Assembly: GCA_965277805.1 (NCBI GenBank) | Contig: OZ255842.1 | Coordinates: forward strand, 3,776,001 to 3,840,000 | Length of the DNA: 64,000 bases | Source: Candidatus Lustribacter sp. | GTDB lineage: Bacteria > Vulcanimicrobiota > Vulcanimicrobiia > Vulcanimicrobiales > Vulcanimicrobiaceae | Direction of reading: 5' to 3' | In this document: positions 46,557 through 56,617 of the stretch, piece by piece | Numbering within the stretch: the stretch's first letter is position 1 | Layout: every line of letters begins with the position of its first letter | Made by a program: the position numbers and the translations under genes | The notes under the pieces: model-generated | What the model was told of the DNA's origin: nothing | Database searches by the model: none | Seen by the model: the letters and a program-made list of their open reading frames with translations, nothing else

Positions 46557-47341
46557 ACCCCGTCTGGCACGCTCCGGCACGCTTGACTGTAGACTTCATT
46601 GGCAGTCCGGCTGGTGTGTTTTCTCGCATGTGATTTGGGCAGGCTGCGCTGACGCATCTAGCACATTCGTCCGATCGTCCGATGTTTTTGCGATCGACGT
46701 TTCTGCGCTGACACCCGCTAGTTGTGGTTATTTTAAAAGGGAATGAGCAAGCGGTTAGCCGGTCGATTATAAGCGTGCAATCACACGTACGCTTGAGTCC
46801 ATACTCTTAATCGTTCGTTCAACGAAACACATTTCAACTAGGGACATTTGGCCCGTTACAGCGTGCCCGAAATCCCTTATAAACTTGTCACAGCGATTCA
46901 CCGCAAAGCACGTCGGCGACGAGCAAGTTCGATGAATCCAAATAAAGTTCGCATTCCATAGGCCAACGGCAATCCGTAACTTTCATGTGGTCAGCGGGAG
47001 CAATTCAGCACTGGCAAGTTCTTCAGCGTGCCAGGAAACGTGGAGCGGTCAGCGTGCTTCGTTTTACCGGACCGACGTCGGGAAAGGCCGGCACATCAAG
47101 CTTTTCACACCCGCCTGCAAGTCCAATTTAAAATCTTGAGGGCTCAATGTGGGAGCTATGACGCAGGAGGCGCTTGCCGCCTGACAGCGGCTTCGATAAA
47201 CATTGCTTGCCTTTATCCAACTTTTTTCGAGCGCCCTCCGCTATTTATTCAAGGTCGTTTGAGTGATAACTCTGATTCTTTTAAATTTTGCCCGCTCTTC
47301 CGTACCAACGCCCGACTCTTCGATGGAGCCAGCTGATCATT

Positions 47342-48658
47342 ATGGCTCATGACATTTGCGTCATCGGCACCGGGTACGTCGGAATGGCGTCGATGATCGG
47401 CCTCGCGGAACTCGGTTGGGGCGTAAACGGCTACGATATCATGCCCGATCGCATTCGAAAGCTACAAGAAGGCGTCGCGCCTTACCGCGAGGCTGGTCTC
47501 GAGGATGCGTTGAGGAAGCACGTTGCTGTTGGCCGTCTCGCATTTTTTGAGTCTCTTGAAGAGGCCACGATCGAATGTTCGCTCGTAATCATTGCAGTCG
47601 GCACGCCAACACGAGATGACGGTTCGGCCGACTTGTCGTCATTGTTCGCTGCTATTGAGGCACTTTCCAAGATTCGATTCGCCGAAAGGCCGACAGTGGT
47701 CGTTCGCTCGACTGTGCCCCCTGGAACCTGCGATAGCCTAGCAGCACTGACCCTGGGATGGGCGGATCTTGTACATGCGCCGGAATTTCTGCGCGAGGGC
47801 TCAGCCGTCTACGACTTCCTTCATCCTGACCGCATCGTCGTTGGGGCAGAAACAACGGCAGCCGCCATTCCCTACGTCACGTTGCTTGCATCGCTGCAGG
47901 TTCCAGTCGTGTTTACGTCACCGTGCAATGCGGAACTAATTAAGTGCTGTTCGAACGCGTTCCTCGCGATCAAAATAAGCTTTGCAAATGAGGTCGCCAA
48001 TCTTTGTGAAGCACTCGGTGGCACGTCCGAAGACGTACTTCGTACAATTGGCTACGACCATCGAATCGGTTCTGATTTCTTAAAGCCTGGAATCGGCTTT
48101 GGAGGCCCATGCCTCGAAAAGGACGTCAAGAGCATTCGCTATGTGGCTGGTGTCCACAATGTTGGTCGTGAGCTATTCACCGCAACGCTACGAGTCAACG
48201 AAACACAGCAGCTTCGAATCGTCAAACTAATAGAAGATGAGGTCTCGACGCTCGTTGGCCTGACGATCGGCGTTTGGGGTCTTACATTCAAAGCCGGTAC
48301 GGACGACGTTCGCGATTCACTCGCGCTGCGTATCATTGAGATGATGGTGAGGCGAGGGGCAACCGTCGTTGCATACGATCCTGCGGTTCACGTGACTACT
48401 CTCCCAAATGGGAGTCGCCTTGCCTCATCTGCACTCGAAGCCGCTAATGCTGACGTCCTGGTCGTGCTCACCGATTGGCCCGAATTTCATGCGATAGCGC
48501 CAATTGACTACGCCTCATCGATTCGCCGCGGAATCGTGATAGATGGCCGAAATATCCTCGACGCGCAGCGAGTAAGTGCAGCGGGACTGACTTACCGTGG
48601 CGTCGGCCGTCCACGAGACGCTGTTCTACAAGCGTTACCAGTCGCGGCGGGCAGCTGA
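47342..48658 (+). CDS. ugd: UDP-glucose 6-dehydrogenase
   Basis: IGTGYVG, AVGTP, STVPPG, PEFLREG, GFGGPCLEKD, GLTFKAGTDDVRDS, DGRN. Confidence 0.95.
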   Translation: MAHDICVIGTGYVGMASMIGLAELGWGVNGYDIMPDRIRKLQEGVAPYREAGLEDALRKHVAVGRLAFFESLEEATIECSLVIIAVGTPTRDDGSADLSSLFAAIEALSKIRFAERPTVVVRSTVPPGTCDSLAALTLGWADLVHAPEFLREGSAVYDFLHPDRIVVGAETTAAAIPYVTLLASLQVPVVFTSPCNAELIKCCSNAFLAIKISFANEVANLCEALGGTSEDVLRTIGYDHRIGSDFLKPGIGFGGPCLEKDVKSIRYVAGVHNVGRELFTATLRVNETQQLRIVKLIEDEVSTLVGLTIGVWGLTFKAGTDDVRDSLALRIIEMMVRRGATVVAYDPAVHVTTLPNGSRLASSALEAANADVLVVLTDWPEFHAIAPIDYASSIRRGIVIDGRNILDAQRVSAAGLTYRGVGRPRDAVLQALPVAAGS

Positions 48659-48761
48659 GAGTAATGCTGCTCAAAATGGCTTTCGAAAAGGGTGCCACCA
48701 GCCAGACGTCAAGTGCACTCGACGGACCAGCGTACGCGTTCAGCTTTCTGCGCATAATTCG

Positions 48762-49736
48762 ATGCTGAACATCATCACCGGAGGCGCCGGCTTCCTCGGT
48801 AGCCACTTAGCAAACGCGCTTGTTAACGACGGCGAACAAGTTGTCATCGTCGACAATCTCTCGTCCGGGCAAGTCCGTAATCTATCGCACTCTATTACAT
48901 CAGGGCGGGCTACGTACGTCTTTGGCGACGTAGCAGTTTCGGCAGATCGCATTACCTCACTCCTAAATGACGCAGTCCTCGGCGCCCGCGTAGACCGAAT
49001 TTGGCACCTCGCATCGCCTGCGAGTCCCGAAGCGTACAGCAGCCATCCATGGGAAACCCTTGCAGTCAATAGCTTAGGCACGATGTCGTTAATTGAGTAC
49101 GGACTGGCGCACGGCGCCAGGTTTTTGTTCGCGTCAACTTCAGAGATATACGGGGATCCACTGATCCATCCGCAGCCAGAATCGTACTACGGCAACGTGG
49201 ATCCTATAGGGCCACGCAGTTGCTACGACGAGGGTAAACGCTTTGGAGAGGCCGCCGTTGCCACCGCCGTCCGCTCCCGTGGCCTCGATGGCCGCATAGT
49301 TCGTCTGTTCAATTGCTATGGCCCAATGATGAATCAGCTCGACGGTCGTCTCATTCCTGGACTCATTGATGCGATCCTCAATGCTGCTCCGTTTCCGATT
49401 CAGGGAAACGGCAAGCAAACTCGGTCGATGACTTATGTCGACGACGCGATCGCACTCCTACGTCTCGTAATGGAAAGACCACAGAAGACGCTTCAGCCCG
49501 TGAATGTCGGCAATGATGATGAACGGACGGTCGAGGATATCGCTCGAATTTTGGCAAGTGTCTCAGGGTGCGAATACAAGGCAACGTATCTACCTGGGCG
49601 AGAGGCCGATCCGCAGCGCAGGAATCCAGACCTGACCCTAGCCCGCGGCTACGATTGGCATCCGTCCGTTTCACTTGAGGATGGACTGCGCGTAACGTAT
49701 CGCTGGTTCATGGAGAAACGGCTTGCCTTTGCGTAG
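48762..49736 (+). CDS. UDP-glucuronate decarboxylase (UDP-xylose synthase-like)
   Basis: TGGAGFLGSH, HLASPASP, ASTSEIYGDP..HPQPESYYGNVDPIGPRSCYDEGKR, QTRS. Confidence 0.9.
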   Translation: MLNIITGGAGFLGSHLANALVNDGEQVVIVDNLSSGQVRNLSHSITSGRATYVFGDVAVSADRITSLLNDAVLGARVDRIWHLASPASPEAYSSHPWETLAVNSLGTMSLIEYGLAHGARFLFASTSEIYGDPLIHPQPESYYGNVDPIGPRSCYDEGKRFGEAAVATAVRSRGLDGRIVRLFNCYGPMMNQLDGRLIPGLIDAILNAAPFPIQGNGKQTRSMTYVDDAIALLRLVMERPQKTLQPVNVGNDDERTVEDIARILASVSGCEYKATYLPGREADPQRRNPDLTLARGYDWHPSVSLEDGLRVTYRWFMEKRLAFA

Positions 49737-50559
49737 CTCACCGCGTGAACAGGATCAGTTCATTGACCTAAGAATCGCCGACGTAGACGTTAGGGTTACG
49801 GCACCTATTGAGCTAGTCGAGGTTCTAAACGCCACTCTCACACACGTTCCTCGACATCAAGACTCTCCGAAGTTGACCGTTTCGGTTGTTCGATCGGACG
49901 ACGATAGCTGGGCAATTAGGAGCGCGAGCCGTGCCCAAAGTATCTTGGGACCCGAAAGCGCGCCGCCACGAGTTGCGGGAGCGACCGTTTCGACCTTACT
50001 TAGCGACGTGGCTACTTTACGAAAGTACGTCATCCTTCGCGCAGTAGTGGTATCTCGAGGCGCCAAAGCCGTAGCGCTCGTAGGCACCGATTGGGAACCG
50101 TCGCTCTCAATTGCGGGACATCTGCACGTTCGCGGCTGGAAATACCTGGCAAGCGATAATGTTCTCGTTGATCCAAATAGCCTTGAGGTCATTCCTTTCC
50201 AGAAATCCCTCTACGTTAACTCCACATCGCTTTCACACGTTCCAGAAGCCTATCGCGGCGCCGTCGAAAGATCTCCATGGTACGTCACATCAAAGGGAAT
50301 CTCTTTTTATGCGGTCGACCCGACACGTGTGGGTCGCGGTGAAACGTGGGCATCGGTCGCAACGCTTCGCGGGATCTTATCTGTTCAGAGCGTTACTGAA
50401 CGGCGAACGGTACTCGAGAATCTACGCAATGAAACCCATGGGCTCGGTGACTATGTGCCCAGGGATCTCGCGCTAAGCCAATTGGCGACGGCGCGCCTGA
50501 AGCTCGGCAGCTACATTGACGCCTGCGATCTCATCGAGGCATGGCTTGCAGAAATCTAA
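49723..50559 (+). CDS. Hypothetical protein, HPr-kinase-like fold with degenerate P-loop
   Basis: RAVVVSRGAKAVALVG...LHVRGWKYLASDNVLVD resembles HPrK-like HA.AV..G.A.L.G.SG.GKS...G..LLSDD. Confidence 0.55.
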   Translation: MPLRSSPREQDQFIDLRIADVDVRVTAPIELVEVLNATLTHVPRHQDSPKLTVSVVRSDDDSWAIRSASRAQSILGPESAPPRVAGATVSTLLSDVATLRKYVILRAVVVSRGAKAVALVGTDWEPSLSIAGHLHVRGWKYLASDNVLVDPNSLEVIPFQKSLYVNSTSLSHVPEAYRGAVERSPWYVTSKGISFYAVDPTRVGRGETWASVATLRGILSVQSVTERRTVLENLRNETHGLGDYVPRDLALSQLATARLKLGSYIDACDLIEAWLAEI

Positions 50560-50636
50560 GGTCCATCACCAAATGGTTCACCTCCTTATACAATTACTAA
50601 CGGCAGAATGATCGTAAACTGAGGACTACGAACGTT

Positions 50637-51791
50637 TTGGAACGACCGAGGTCGGACAAGCGTATATGGGACCGGCCGCGTGTTGCAATTGTTTCGGACG
50701 CCTTGGTACAGCGCGGCGGGGCGGAACGCTGTGTCGAGGTTATGGCCGGCATGTTCCCCGACGCACCTGTATTTGCGCTGCTCTATTCGGACAAGCTAGC
50801 GCCGGCATCACTGGCGAAGCGAGTCGTCGTGTCGCCGCTTCAGAAGGTCCCTGGCGCAGTTCGAAAGCATCGCCTGTTTCTTCCACTGTATCCGGCTGCA
50901 ATCGAATCCTTTGATCTGTCGCCGTATGACGTCATCCTCTCCTCCCATCATACAGTAGCGAAGGGACTTCTTCGAAACGCCGATCAGTACCATCTTTGCT
51001 ATTGTCACACGCCAATGCGAGCGCTATGGGAAAGGCCAGCAGCCGAACTCAAAGAACTTCCTGGGGTCTTGCGACCCTTAGGGCAACAGATTTTCGGTCA
51101 GCTGCGTCTCTGGGACCTTGCAGCGACATCTCGTGTCGATCGTTTCATCGCAAACAGCGAGACAACACGACGTCGAATTGCCAAGCACTATCAGCGGGAA
51201 AGTAGCGTGCTGAATCCACCCATAGACGTCGAGCATTTCACTCCCGGCCCGACTCAGGAACCTGAAGATTATTATCTCGTTGTTTCACGGCTGGTTCCTT
51301 ATAAGCGCGTGGACCTCGCTGTCGCAGCAACCGGGTCCGCTGATAGAAAGTTAATCGTCGTCGGCGCCGGCCCGAATCATAAAAGCATGAGGGGAGCGAG
51401 GCACGTTGAGTATCGTGGCCACGTGTCAGACGCGGAACTCTTAACTTTAATGCGAAATGCACGAGCCCTGATTTTCCCAGCGCTCGAAGATTTTGGGATG
51501 GCACCAATTGAAATGATGGCTTGCGGACGCCCTGTGATTGCGTACAGGGCTGGCGGGCTATCCGAAACAATTATCGACGGAGTTACCGGCGTTTTCGCCG
51601 ATCATCAGACAGAACAGTCTTTTGCGGAAGCCCTTCATCGCTTCGAGGGAACCGGATTCGATCGCTTCCGCATCCGTAATCATGCCGAAGGCTTCTCTAA
51701 GAAGCGCTTTGTGTCAGCGCTTCATGGCTTCGTTAATACCGCATTTAGTGAGCTTCAGGAATCACTTCTGCGAACAAGCGCAAAGCTCTGA
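50637..51791 (+). CDS. Glycosyltransferase family 4 (WbaZ-like)
   Basis: RGGAERC, CYCHTPMR, SRLVPYKRVDL, EDFGMAPIEMMACG. Confidence 0.93.
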   Translation: MERPRSDKRIWDRPRVAIVSDALVQRGGAERCVEVMAGMFPDAPVFALLYSDKLAPASLAKRVVVSPLQKVPGAVRKHRLFLPLYPAAIESFDLSPYDVILSSHHTVAKGLLRNADQYHLCYCHTPMRALWERPAAELKELPGVLRPLGQQIFGQLRLWDLAATSRVDRFIANSETTRRRIAKHYQRESSVLNPPIDVEHFTPGPTQEPEDYYLVVSRLVPYKRVDLAVAATGSADRKLIVVGAGPNHKSMRGARHVEYRGHVSDAELLTLMRNARALIFPALEDFGMAPIEMMACGRPVIAYRAGGLSETIIDGVTGVFADHQTEQSFAEALHRFEGTGFDRFRIRNHAEGFSKKRFVSALHGFVNTAFSELQESLLRTSAKL

Positions 51792-51827
51792 CAATATCAG
51801 CACGTCGATATTGTTCCGACCTCGGTA

Positions 51828-53144
51828 TTACTGCTCCTTAGGAAAGAGCTGGAGCACTCTGAGATTATCCGAGACGTTCATCGTTACTGTCGATCCTCGT
51901 GGAAGATATGTTCTGACAACGCTGCCGCTAGTCTCAAAGATGAGAGATAAAATCTTCGACAGCGGTCGCGCAAATTCAAGACGAATGAGAACTCTGGACG
52001 CGCCGTCGCTTTGCTCGCCTGAGGGATTAAGAGCCGGGACTTCGTTCCATAGCGCTAGTAGAAATGACCCATCGCGCTTCTCAAATAGCGCGTGATGCAC
52101 CGTCGACACCGTTGAGCTTATTTTGTACATTAGCGGTCTGGGCGCGAAACTGGGACCGCGATCCGAGAACAGGTCTATGAGGTTCTTCAGCGCGTAGTAT
52201 TGCGGCTTCGGGCGCTGCTCCGAGTCCAGCATCCCTAAGCTTCCGAACTGCTTATCTCCGCTGACATTCGCAAACTGAAAAAAGTACACGCGCGTGATCC
52301 CGGCATTCCAACGCTCCAGGAGCGCTCGTGGATAGTATTTGGCAATTACAGAGTCCGGAGTATAGCACTCGCTGCCGCGATTGTCATCGTATCCAACCTC
52401 GGTTGTCCAAATCGGCTTTGCGCCTGAGATCGTTTTCTCAACGTTGATGGTGAACGCAATGCTCCCATAGGCCCCAAAGGGCGGATACGCGTTCCCAAAT
52501 CCGCCGTTCCCGGGATAGTGATCGCACGGATAATCGTGAATATTACCGACATCAATATAGTGCGAAAGATCTCCGAGCAGCGCCGCATTTACAACATTGG
52601 ATGTCGAAGGTCCGAGCACGACGATCTTTGCAAAACGAGAATTGCCTTTAATCTGGCCGGAAAGACGCTTTGTTATCTCGACGTCACTAGCGGCCCAGTC
52701 GGAAATGCTCGCACCGTGCGAGCTGTCGTATTCATTCGGGGGCTCGATTGCTTCGACGCTAGGAACAATCTCGAGCCATTGAGCAATCTGCGCCGCACTA
52801 CTATCTTCAAAGACCCCTCCCGAACTTCGGATTCCTTCTGCAGCGAGAGTGTTTATACGTTTGTAGTACCACATTGGGGCGCCGGGCTCGCCATCTCGAA
52901 TGTGGCGGATCCCAGATGCGAGTAACGCCGCGTGGACTGCCGTCCAAGCAGACTCGTATGGTGTCCCGACGTACCTGAAACTCGTGTTGACGCCGACTGC
53001 GTCAGCGAGTGAATCCGCTGGAGCTGCACGCTCACTGACAAAGGCATCGTTCCCTTGAGACAATGAATTGGCAAACATGAAAGCGGCAACGATCGCAAGT
53101 ACTGCAGCGATCAATTTGATCACGTTTTGTCTTAGTCGGTTCAC
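51828..53144 (-). CDS. Exported glycoside hydrolase, clan GH-A-like (paralogue of 37298..38644)
   Basis: VGVNT, ASGIRHIRDG, PNEYD, WTTEVGYDDN, ALWNEV; N-terminal hydrophobic helix. Confidence 0.75.
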   Translation of the reverse strand: MNRLRQNVIKLIAAVLAIVAAFMFANSLSQGNDAFVSERAAPADSLADAVGVNTSFRYVGTPYESAWTAVHAALLASGIRHIRDGEPGAPMWYYKRINTLAAEGIRSSGGVFEDSSAAQIAQWLEIVPSVEAIEPPNEYDSSHGASISDWAASDVEITKRLSGQIKGNSRFAKIVVLGPSTSNVVNAALLGDLSHYIDVGNIHDYPCDHYPGNGGFGNAYPPFGAYGSIAFTINVEKTISGAKPIWTTEVGYDDNRGSECYTPDSVIAKYYPRALLERWNAGITRVYFFQFANVSGDKQFGSLGMLDSEQRPKPQYYALKNLIDLFSDRGPSFAPRPLMYKISSTVSTVHHALFEKRDGSFLLALWNEVPALNPSGEQSDGASRVLIRLEFARPLSKILSLIFETSGSVVRTYLPRGSTVTMNVSDNLRVLQLFPKEQ

Positions 53145-53153
53145 GGTTGCCGA

Positions 53154-54296
53154 CTAGGGAAAAATAATGTATCGCACAGATGCGAGGAGACCCGCCCACG
53201 CGTCAACGCTCCCCTTATGCGTGTAGGGAACATACACCTCATCGCCGTTTGATAGTTGCGGATTCTGCGAGAAGTCTCCATTTCGGACCAGCGTAACATC
53301 ATATTTCGTAGTAACGCCGTCGTGCACGAGTCGGACCTGGCCAATGTCACCTGTTTTGTCCGGCCCACCAGCATTGTAGATCGCCGAAAGCAGAGAAAAG
53401 TCACTTTTTAGAGTAACCGTACCCGGCTTCGTAACGTCGCCCGAAACCGTAACTAGCGGCGCAGTCTGAACAAAGAGACTGTCGCCAGGATGCGCCGGAC
53501 TTGAAAATGTCGCGTCAGCTACTGATACCTTTGACTGCCGGCCATCTCGAGTGAGAATCATACTGCCTGACGCGGCGTTGTCTTGAAGCCCTCCTGTTTG
53601 GTCGATCGCCTGCAATAAGGGTTCCGCAACATCCAAATATGCGACACCGGGTTGTTTGACGTCGCCGCTTACGCTTACCGCTACCGGCTTGTCGATAAAG
53701 GCAATTGCGTCACCCGGCCTCAAGGACGGGCCGGTCTGACCTGCCGCAGACAATGCGGTCATGTCGTAGGTTCCCAAGGGCTGACTATCCCGCATCACCA
53801 TTACCTGCCGCATATTTATTCGCGAACGATAAGGATCGAAGCGCACTGGATTTGAGTTGTTGACGGTTACCTCAAGCGCCGAAATGGCTCCAGCTAGTGT
53901 CTCTCCGGGAGCGTATTTGATAGCGCCGTCAGGCACGGGCAATGGCCAACCCGACACGGTAATAGTCGTCAGTTCCGAACGCAGTTGTACCTCAACAGAC
54001 GGCCGACTAATATAGCGATCAAGTGCCCGTTCAATACTCAGGGCCACCTCTTGCGGCTCCTTACCCTGTATTACGATTGTGCCGGCGAGGGGCATTTGAA
54101 TGGTGCCTGCACTCGTGACTGTATAATCGGCTGATAGCTCCGGATAGTTGAACACGTGAACGGTAACTTGATCACCAATCCGGAGTTGCGCTGCGTCCAC
54201 GGGAGCGATCATAAAGCCTGTAAGAGCGGTCATTAAGACCGCGGTCAACGTTCGAACTAACTTCATTTCAAACCGAAGTGTTTTGATCATGGACAT
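53154..54296 (-). CDS. Polysaccharide export protein (Poly_export plus SLBB repeats, Wza/KpsD-like)
   Basis: LRIGDQVTV..YPELS..GTIQMPLAG; repeated VSGDV..PG and AI..AGG; NPQLSNGD.VYVP. Confidence 0.9.
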   Translation of the reverse strand: MSMIKTLRFEMKLVRTLTAVLMTALTGFMIAPVDAAQLRIGDQVTVHVFNYPELSADYTVTSAGTIQMPLAGTIVIQGKEPQEVALSIERALDRYISRPSVEVQLRSELTTITVSGWPLPVPDGAIKYAPGETLAGAISALEVTVNNSNPVRFDPYRSRINMRQVMVMRDSQPLGTYDMTALSAAGQTGPSLRPGDAIAFIDKPVAVSVSGDVKQPGVAYLDVAEPLLQAIDQTGGLQDNAASGSMILTRDGRQSKVSVADATFSSPAHPGDSLFVQTAPLVTVSGDVTKPGTVTLKSDFSLLSAIYNAGGPDKTGDIGQVRLVHDGVTTKYDVTLVRNGDFSQNPQLSNGDEVYVPYTHKGSVDAWAGLLASVRYIIFP

Positions 54297-54602
54297 TTCT
54301 CGTAGCGTATCAAAGCGAAGATGGCTGGCAGTTCCTTCGTGAGGAGGGCAACAGATCGGATAATAGTATTTTCATGTTCGCCGCTTCGACGATTCCATCC
54401 CGTATCGGGGAACATAAAGCCCCATCCAATACAGTATTGCCCCTTGTTAAACAGCATTGCCCGAATGGGGTAACTCAGCGCTTGCTCTTGTGATGCAAAA
54501 AAGATCGAGCCTTCCGGGAATGGGATAGGCCAGGGGCAAGAAAGAAGCTACGAGCCGCACAATTGGAAAGTTCTCTTACCGCTCAGTGACGAAGATCCCA
54601 TA

Positions 54603-55280
54603 ATGTTCGCTGACCGAGGCCGTCCAGAAAACGGCGGTCCACAGAATACATTCCGTTTTTTGAAGGCCTGTGCCCGCCATCTTCGATCGCGGACGAACTC
54701 CGTTGCCAAGAGCTTGCTTCCCAAGCGGGTATATTACTGGATTTTGTTGCGTTTTGCTCACTGCACGCGCTATGCAAATCTCCCAGACCGACGATACATG
54801 GAAGACACACTTCTACCAGCGTTCGTGCTTCTGGATCAGCCGCACATCCTAGATGTCGGTACCCGGTGGTTTTGTGCGCACTATAAATCGTATTTCGCGG
54901 CCAACGGTAGCGAATATTGGACGATGGACATTGACCCGAATGTAGCGCATAAGTATGGATCGCCAGGCAGGCACGTGACGGGTAGCGTCATCAACGTTGA
55001 TCAGCATTTCGAACCCGCATATTTCGACGTCATCTTATTGAATGGAATCTTTGGATATGGTGTTAATGAAGAGCACGAACAAAGCAAGACTTTGGAAAGC
55101 CTCCGCAGAGTCATCCGACCGAATGGTATATTGCTGATCGGATGGGACGATGACCGTACCGATGATTTGGTTTCAATGGTGGAGGCGCAAGGATTCCGGC
55201 ATGGTAACCGGCTCGGATTACCAAGTCGCAAGCAGTTCAAGGATAACCCGCACGTCTACGATCTATTCACTGCGGGTTGA
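54603..55280 (+). CDS. Class I SAM-dependent methyltransferase-like protein
   Basis: ILDVG, TMDID, FDVILLNGIFGYG, RVIRPNGILLIGW; start is uncertain. Confidence 0.75.
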   Translation: MFADRGRPENGGPQNTFRFLKACARHLRSRTNSVAKSLLPKRVYYWILLRFAHCTRYANLPDRRYMEDTLLPAFVLLDQPHILDVGTRWFCAHYKSYFAANGSEYWTMDIDPNVAHKYGSPGRHVTGSVINVDQHFEPAYFDVILLNGIFGYGVNEEHEQSKTLESLRRVIRPNGILLIGWDDDRTDDLVSMVEAQGFRHGNRLGLPSRKQFKDNPHVYDLFTAG

Positions 55281-55322
55281 TGTATTTTAGCGATGCTAAT
55301 TAAACGGAGCCAATAACCGGCA

Positions 55323-56327
55323 TCACATCTCTTGCAATCGGATTATCCTGCTCGCGATGCTCATAGAGATCGCTGTCGGCGAGAGCCGTATCGCAAGTAC
55401 TGCAAGAAAAACTGCTATTGCCTTGATGGGATTCCGGCAGCCGAATGCAGCCGCGAGGTGATCTATTAAGCGCGGCCCGTCCGAACTGTCGAGAAGTTTA
55501 CTGCGAAGGTAGAGAAGCGTTGCGAAGCGCCAATTGCGGGCTCGCCACCGCGCATCGACCTTATAGCCCAAAGATTCAGCAATTGTTCGTACACGTCTTG
55601 CACGAAATTCGTGTCCGTCCACGATCGCAGAAATGTTCCGGGCGCTAAAGACAGCCTTCTCGTCACCCATACTCGCACCGTGAAAGCGGTATGACGCAAC
55701 AACGGTTTCCGTTGTCACGGTTCGGCCATACATCGGAGCAATATCAAATAGAAGTGCGTCACCGCCGACCGTTCTGCTTTCCGGTAGAGGAAAGACCTGC
55801 TCAAAGAAGGTTCTCGACCAGGCATTTCCGGATGTGGCTGTGGCAATGTAGCCCCCCGGACCGAACCTAAGAACAATTTCGAGCAATCCACTGTCCTGTG
55901 GGCGACGATCTGGATACTTGCGACCGTTCGGCTGTCCATTCTCGTCTACAATCATTTGGTACCCTTGAGAATGAACTACGGCTTTATCGCTTAGTGCACG
56001 TGCATGAACGGCGAGTGCACCGGGAACGAGAAAGTCGTCGGCATCAAGAATCAAAATCATGTCTCCACGGGCCTGCATCCAGCCACTGTTCCAGCTCGAA
56101 AGCATCCCGCCGTTTATTTTGCGCACAACTTTCAAAGCTGGCCCAAAAGACTCAATTGTAGTCAACGAATCATCTTGCGAACCATCATCGACCACAATAA
56201 CTTCAAAGTTCGGGTAATCTTGAGATAGGACGCTCCGGATGCACTGACCTAAATATCGTGCATAATTATAATTTGTAATTATGACGCTGAACAGCGGCAG
56301 CTCTCCGCCGCAAATAGTATTTGTCAC
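55323..56327 (-). CDS. Glycosyltransferase family 2
   Basis: SVIITNYNY, EVIVVDDGSQD, LDADD, YRFHG. Confidence 0.93.
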   Translation of the reverse strand: MTNTICGGELPLFSVIITNYNYARYLGQCIRSVLSQDYPNFEVIVVDDGSQDDSLTTIESFGPALKVVRKINGGMLSSWNSGWMQARGDMILILDADDFLVPGALAVHARALSDKAVVHSQGYQMIVDENGQPNGRKYPDRRPQDSGLLEIVLRFGPGGYIATATSGNAWSRTFFEQVFPLPESRTVGGDALLFDIAPMYGRTVTTETVVASYRFHGASMGDEKAVFSARNISAIVDGHEFRARRVRTIAESLGYKVDARWRARNWRFATLLYLRSKLLDSSDGPRLIDHLAAAFGCRNPIKAIAVFLAVLAIRLSPTAISMSIASRIIRLQEM

Positions 56328-56617
56328 TGGCTCCCTCCGGCGCGAGAAGTTGGTTGGCTAAGTCAGTGGCGACCATTTTCTAGATTGCGTAGCCAATCTC
56401 CAAAACACTCATAATTTCTTTAGATCGGTTGAAGATTCATCTGGAAGGGTCGACTTCAAACAGTGTTCTCAGAGTTTGGGGCTCGCAGATGTCCAGCGCA
56501 TTACAACTGGCGAAACTCCAAGCTACCAGCTCATCGCGGTCGCGTAACCGCGTGTCTGGATCGCGGTGAAGATATGGGCTAACAGTACCCCATTTTTAGC
56601 AGCGGGACGCATAGTAT

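Noticed and set aside
44760-47340. Short ORFs or riboswitches in the long island gaps (44760-45395, 46557-47340)
   Set aside because: No recognisable protein motifs or c-di-GMP riboswitch consensus; treated as promoter regions or decayed DNA.
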